Shown here one piece after another: positions 58,165-64,000 of a DNA stretch of 64,000 bases (position 1 is its first letter; each line of letters opens with the position of its first letter). Origin of the DNA: Hemiscyllium ocellatum (taxonomy: Eukaryota); NCBI RefSeq assembly GCF_020745735.1, contig NC_083435.1:25047231-25111230 (forward strand), read 5' to 3'. A program made the position numbers and the translations under genes. The notes below the pieces were generated by a model, which was not told the DNA's origin, ran no database searches, and saw nothing but the letters and a program-made list of their open reading frames with translations.

Positions 58165-59279
58165 CCTGCTTCAGTGATGAACAAATAAATTGCACAGAAA
58201 GTGAAATTAACACTCATAGCAGAGGCAACTAAAAACTCCTCATTGTAATTGATTTTCAGTTCATTCACAAAATGGCAGCATCGCTGCCTAGAGCAGCATT
58301 TATTGCAAAGAGGGGCAGTTGAGAACCACAAATAGGCCAGACCAGTGTAGCATGGCAGTTTCTTTCCCTCAGATGCATTGGATGGGCTTTTCCCAGGTCA
58401 TCATTTGACTTTTAATTCCAGATTTTGTTTTGAAGAAAAGGATCCAATGTGCCACTCAAGCCCATGTCCTCCGTGATTAGCTGGGGATCTCTGGATTAGC
58501 AGTCCAATGATAACAGCACTCGGCCCTCACCGTCCCACTCGAGATGGTCGAAGCCATTATGGATGTTGATTGGGGGCTCGGGTTCCCTCTGTCAGTGCTA
58601 CACAGCACCTACCCATCAGATTTCACCCAATCAGATTCTGTCCAATTGCAGCACGGAGACCTTTCAGTTCAGCCAGTCCATGCTGAACATAGTCGCACAC
58701 TAAACCATACCCACCTGCCTGCTCCTGGTCCATATCCCTCCAAACATTTCTTATTTATTCTGCCTTTGTAAAATTGCCCCCAAGTGTACACTCAATCCCA
58801 TGAGGACGCACCCGAATTTAAGATGGTTATACATCAATGAAAGACTTTGAGGTCTAGGGCATCCTGAACTGAGAGCAAATAAATTCAGCTTTGAGTCCGA
58901 ACACAAAATTTCAACTTGCTGAGTCACTTGCTGGAATATTCTCAACCACAAAACAATGCGATGAAACAAATACAAACAACAAAACCTCGCAGCCAATTTT
59001 GGTCTTTCAGATTGAAGAAAAGTCTAAACTGCAATAGGAAATGGTTACGCCAGTTAATGGTTTCCTGACAGAAACTGCTGGAGAAGCTCAGCAGGTCTGG
59101 CAGCATCTGAGGAGAGAAATCTGAGATAATGCCTTGGATCCAGTGACTGCTCTTCAGAACTGATCATAGCTCGGAAAGTGCAGGGTTTTTTTTGTAGAAG
59201 ATAGGGTGATGGGAGGGGGGAAGGAGTCGGCGATAGGTGGGGATAGAGACCAAAGAGAGAGGAGAAAGATTTTCAAACA

Positions 59280-60105
59280 GGCATTTGAGACAACTTTATT
59301 ACACAGAGAATGATTTATGCGTGAAATGATCTTCCAGACGAAGTGGTGGGTGCAGGTACAATTGTAATGATTAAAAGACATTCGCATAAGTAAATGAATA
59401 AGAAATGTTTGGGGGGGATATGGGCCAGGAGCAGGCAGGTGGGACTAGTTTAGTTTAAGATTATGGTCGGAATGGACTGGTTGGACCGAAGGGTCTGTTC
59501 CCATGCTGTATGACTCGATGACTGTGTAATAAGTGGACAGCATCTGGTTACCAGGTTAACTGAAGCCCCCTCACTCACATTTAATAGGAGGAGGGGCTCG
59601 GTGCTCCTGTGGCACAGTGGTAGTGTCCTAATATTGGAACCAGGAGACTTGGCTCAAATCCCAGATATGCTTGCAAATAGGTTGATATTGAAAATATTCA
59701 TGCAGGATCTAGCCATTGTGGATGGACGTTGGCACAGAAAATTTGCTGGAATCTAAATTACAATGTGGAATAACATAACTATAGAAATAAAGTAACTACA
59801 GAGCATCTGGGCGTCATAGAGTTGTACAGCACAGTAACAGACCCTTTGGTCCAACTCATCCATGCCATCCAAATATCCTCAATTAATATAATCCCACTTA
59901 TGTGCACTTGGCCCATATCCCTCCAAACCCTTCCTATTCATGTCCCCATCCAGATGCCTTTTAAATGCTGTAATTGTACCAGCCTCCACCACATCCTCTG
60001 GCAGCTGATTCCATACACGCACCACCCTCTGCATGAAAACGATGCCCCTTAGGTCACTTTTAAATCTTTCCCCTCTCCCTGTAAGCCTATGCCTTCGCGT
60101 TCTAG
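59280..60105. mobile_element. Two CR1 tail fragments (plus 59280-59525, minus 59810-60105)
   Basis: Match to the CR1 3' UTR. Confidence 0.72.
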
Positions 60106-60409
60106 TTGGGAGAGGGGTCTTCTTTCCATCTAGGAAAGAAAGTCAAACCGTCCAAAAGAGATGGTCGGAAGCAGTTCTGCACCCATAAGGGGTGTAGATT
60201 AGAGGGATGAAGGGCTTTTGCCCGAAACATCAATTTTCCTGCCCCTCGGATGCTGCCTGACCTGCTGTGCTTTTCCAGCACCACTCTAATCTAGACTCTG
60301 GTTTCCAGCATCTGCAGTCCTCGCTTTTACCCATACAGGGTGGCAGATGCTTGGACAGCTCTTCCACATGTTGACCAGTTGATAATTTTAGACAGGAGGC
60401 AGATTGTGG

Positions 60410-60680
60410 GTAGGTGACTGCCTTGCAGTGTTATCCCTGGATTGTTAACCCAGGGGGACCTGGGTTCGAATCCCAGCTTGGCGCAGAGGGTGGAATTTGA
60501 TTTCAATTTTTTTTTAAAAATCTGCAATTAAAAATGCAATGATGACCATGAATCCGTTGTCGGGGGGGTGGGGGAAGACAATCTAGCTCACGAATGTCCT
60601 TTTGGGAAGGAAAGTGCCATCCTTACCTGGTCTGGCTTACACATAACTCCAGCAGTGAGCTTGACTCTTAGCTATCCTTT
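60410..60680 (+). mobile_element. Old tRNA-headed SINE-like repeat (other copies about 34360-34690, 33560-33850, 58260-58480 minus)
   Basis: B-box-like GGTTCGAATCCC; shared core GGAAGGAAA.TGCCATCCTTAC.TGGTCTGGC. Confidence 0.55.
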
Positions 60681-60949
60681 CCCATTCACCGGGCAAATCT
60701 CCGTCGTTAAAAGCAGAATACTGCCCATGCTGGATATCTGACATTTTTTTTTAAAAGCCCAGAGAGCGCCGGAGAAACTCAGCAGGTATATGTGTGGGGA
60801 GAGAGAGAGAGACAGAGCAGAATGAACTTTTGGAGTCTTCTGAGGAAATTGCCACATACAAATCCATCTGTAACTCACTGAGCTTTTGGGGAACCTGGTC
60901 AATAATCCGGTTCATTTTGTCAAGAAATCAGAATCTTGATTTGAAAAAT

Positions 60950-61900
60950 CAAACATCAGGGTGTGGAAGGGGAAAAAAATATAAATAAAAACTTGCATTT
61001 TCTTTCCCGTCCAATTACATAAGAAAAATCGCCGGTGAAATCATCGCAACTTTGCGCCGTTTTCGCTGAAGAAACGCTGAATCTCTGGGAGCGAAAATTC
61101 ACATTTCTGACTGGCTTCGGGGAATGAGAGTTGACCGGTGTTACCTTCAGAGTGCACCTTTCTGTACTGACAACGAGCGAAAACTTGGACATTGCACACA
61201 GTTCCCTGCTCGATGTAGAGAAAGGCAAATTCTGGATTGCAACTGTTGCTCTCTCTCTCTCTCCCCCACACACAGACCTGCTGAATTTCCCTAGCATCCT
61301 CAGACCTGCACCGTCCCCAACATTATTTTGACTTTATTTAGAAAGAGAAAATCCGCCCAGAGTTATATTTTTTTTAAAAAAGACCCTGTCTTAATCCCAA
61401 GTGTTATTTCCAATGCGGCTCACCTTAATCCCAAATCCGCGTCTACATTTTCCTTCCTCGCCGAGAGGTTTGTAACTTTTCTTATTTTCGACTCACACAC
61501 ACTCACGTTTTGGAAATCGCAGTCTCCCCAGGAAAGGGAGAGATCACCTGTTTCTGCTGCTGACTGTCTAACCCGAGCTCATCTGCAGTCAGTTACTCAG
61601 GCAACAAACCCACCCTCTTGATTTGCTGAGCCGCCACTGTGTGTGTGTGTGTCTCTCATCGGCGCTCACTCGCCACCCGTTCCCCCAAAATAAACACGCC
61701 AAGGGCCCGCCGTCTCTATTTTAACCCGGCCGGTCTCAAAAATAAACCTCTCCCCGCTCTGTTTCAACTAGAGGTAAAAAAATAATCATCTCCGGCGGTT
61801 GTGTGGCTGAACTGATCGGGGGCTGGGAGATGTTATCAATTGCACAGAGGCGCTGAGGCAGACTCTCTCACACAGAAATAAAGATGTGACACACACACAC
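60950..61900 (-). promoter_or_regulatory. CpG-enriched region upstream of the NCR3-like gene: probable promoter and non-coding first exon(s)
   Basis: CpG-dense relative to the window; minus-strand donor-like sites GGCGA|gtgagc (about 61668) and CTGAAG|gtaaca (61145/61144); the leader exon has an acceptor 1 nt before its ATG, so an upstream UTR exon is required. Confidence 0.45.
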
Positions 61901-62220
61901 ACACACGGATGTTTGCACAGAAAGGTTCCCATTAATCTGTACAATCTATTAAATACAACACGTGCAAAAACTCAGGCACACTGACAGACACCCTCAGGTG
62001 ACACAATATTAACACGCACACTTATTCAGACACACACTAACAGGCGTGCAACACTGACACACTCACAGACACACCATCACAAACGCAACGGATACAGCAC
62101 ACACGCTCGGACACTTACACATGCACAGCACACATACACATACTCACAGACACACGCAGATACAGTGCATACACTCAGTGGGACAGTCTCACGGGACACC
62201 GTCTCCACAGGCTGATATCG
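61880..62220. repeat. (CA)n-rich low-complexity tract
   Basis: Direct inspection. Confidence 0.7.
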
Positions 62221-62221
62221 A

Positions 62222-63495
62222 GTCAAAGAGATGTACAGCATGGAAACAGACCCTGAGGTCCAACTGGTCCATGCCGACCAGATATCCCAACCCAATCTAG
62301 TCCCATTTGCCAGCACATGGCCCATATCCCTCTTACCTTCCTATTCATGTACCCAACCAGATGCCTTTTGAATGCTGTAATTGTACCAACCTCCACCACA
62401 TCCTCTGGCAGCTCCTTCCATACACGTACCACCCTCTGTGTGAAAAAGTTGACCCTTAGGTCTCTTTTATATCTTTCCCTTCTCACCCTAAACTTATGCC
62501 CTTTAGTTCCAGACTCCCCCACCCCAGGGAAAAGACCTTGTCTATTTATCCTGTCCATGCCCCTCATAATTTTGTAAACCTCTATAAGGTCACCCCTCAG
62601 CCTCCGACGCTCCAGGGAAAACAGCCCCAGCCTGTTCAGTCTCTCCCTGTAGCTCAAACCCTCCAACCCTGGCAACATCCTTGTAAATCTTTTCTCAATC
62701 CTTTCAAGTTTCACGACATCTTTCCGATAGGAAGGAGACCAGAACTGCACAGAATATTCCAAAAGTGGCCTAACCAATGTCCTGTACAGCCGCAACATGA
62801 CCTCCCAACTCCTGTACTCAATGCTTTGACCAATAAAGGAATGCATATCAAATGCCTTCTTCACTATCCTATCTACCTGTGACTCTACTTTCAAGGAACT
62901 ATGAACCAGCATTCCACGGTCTCTTTGTTCAGCAACACTCTCTAGGACCTTACCATTAAGTGTATAAGTCCTGCTATGACTTGCTTTTCCAAAATGCAGC
63001 ACCTCACACTTATCTAAATTAAACTCCATCTGCCACTTCTCAGCCCATTGGCCTAAGTGATCAAGATCCTGTTGTAATCTGAGATAACCCTCTTCACTGT
63101 CCATCAAACCTCCAATTTTGGTGTCATCTGCAAACTTACTAACTATACCTTTTATGCTCACATCCAAATCATTTATATAAATGATGAAATGCAGTGGACC
63201 CAGCACTGATTCTTGTGACACTCCACTGGTCACAGGCCTCCAGTCTGAAAAACAACCCTCCACCACCGTCCTGTCTTCTACCTTTAAGCCAGTTCTGTAT
63301 CCAAATGGCTAGTTCTCCCTGTATTCCATGAGATCTAACCTTGCTAAACAGTATCCCATGAGGAATCTTGATGAACGCCTTACTGAATTCCATGTTGATC
63401 ATGTCCACCGCTCTACCCTAATAAATCCTCTTTGTTACTTCTTCAAAAAACTCAACCAAGTTTGTGAGACATGATTTCCCACGCACAAAGCCATA
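62222..63495 (-). mobile_element. CR1/HER1 LINE 3' fragment with an open RT frame (62223-63266)
   Basis: SGVSQESVLGP, FADDTK, YSVQFWSP, LERRRLRGDLIEVYK. Confidence 0.92.
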
Positions 63496-63529
63496 ATTGT
63501 AGTTCCTCTGTACTATGAAGACATGGACA

Positions 63530-64000
63530 GGTCAGAGGCTAAGCATCCTGTAGTAGCTCAGTGAAAGTGAGGACTGCAGATGCTGAAGATTAGAGTCAAG
63601 AATGTGGATCTGAAAAAGCACATCTGGTCAAGCAGCATCCGGGGAGCAGGAAAATCCCTCCATCAGGAAAGAGGCTGTGAGCCAAGGGGGTGGTGACATA
63701 AATCAGAAGGTGGTGGGGTTGGTGGAGAAAGTAGCTGAGAGTGCGATAGGTGGTTGGAGGTGGGGGTAAAGGTGATAGGTCAGAGGGGAGGATGGAGCAG
63801 ATAGGTGGGAAGGAAGATAGACAGATGGGACAGTTCATGAGGGCAGTGCTGAGCTGGAAGGTTAGAACTGGGAGAAGGTGGGGGGGAGGGGAAATGAGGA
63901 AACTGGTGAAATCCACATTAATGCCCTGGGGTTAGAGGGGTCTGAGGCGGGAGATGAGGCGTTCTTCCACCAGGTATTGGGTAGTTAGGGTTTGGTGATG
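63530..64000 (-). mobile_element. Penelope-like P1 3' end (runs off the window)
   Basis: Reverse complement of the P1 terminus and LQPQG...NVDF region. Confidence 0.85.

Overview
Vertebrate genomic DNA from a cartilaginous fish. HE1 V-SINEs, HER1/CR1 LINEs and Penelope elements point to a shark, probably a carpet or bamboo shark (inference). More than half the window is transposon-derived. The one clear host gene is a minus-strand NKp30/NCR3-like Ig-superfamily receptor: leader exon 58122-58164, one germline-joined VJ exon 56622-56963 and a TM exon 54437-54550. I found by eye nine further small exons (19-101 nt) scattered over about 31 kb, which the ORF track cannot see. They splice in frame into a cytoplasmic tail of about 135 aa or more with YxxM (YIPM), canonical ITIM (IQYATL) and hemITAM-like (DYGYDEL) motifs, in a repeating exon-phase triplet. 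Several introns hold candidate alternative terminal exons (ITSM TPYSAV, ITIM ISYKKV, immediate stop). The TM lacks the Arg that mammalian NKp30 uses to pair with CD3zeta. The gene model is a manual prediction and needs RNA evidence. Also present: a young Tx1/L1-clade insertion with a twin-priming inversion and 19-bp TSD, three Penelope families with minimal hammerhead ribozymes and fold-back insertions, two related solo LTRs, a long-TIR element and a minisatellite. TE boundaries are approximate unless a TSD is given.
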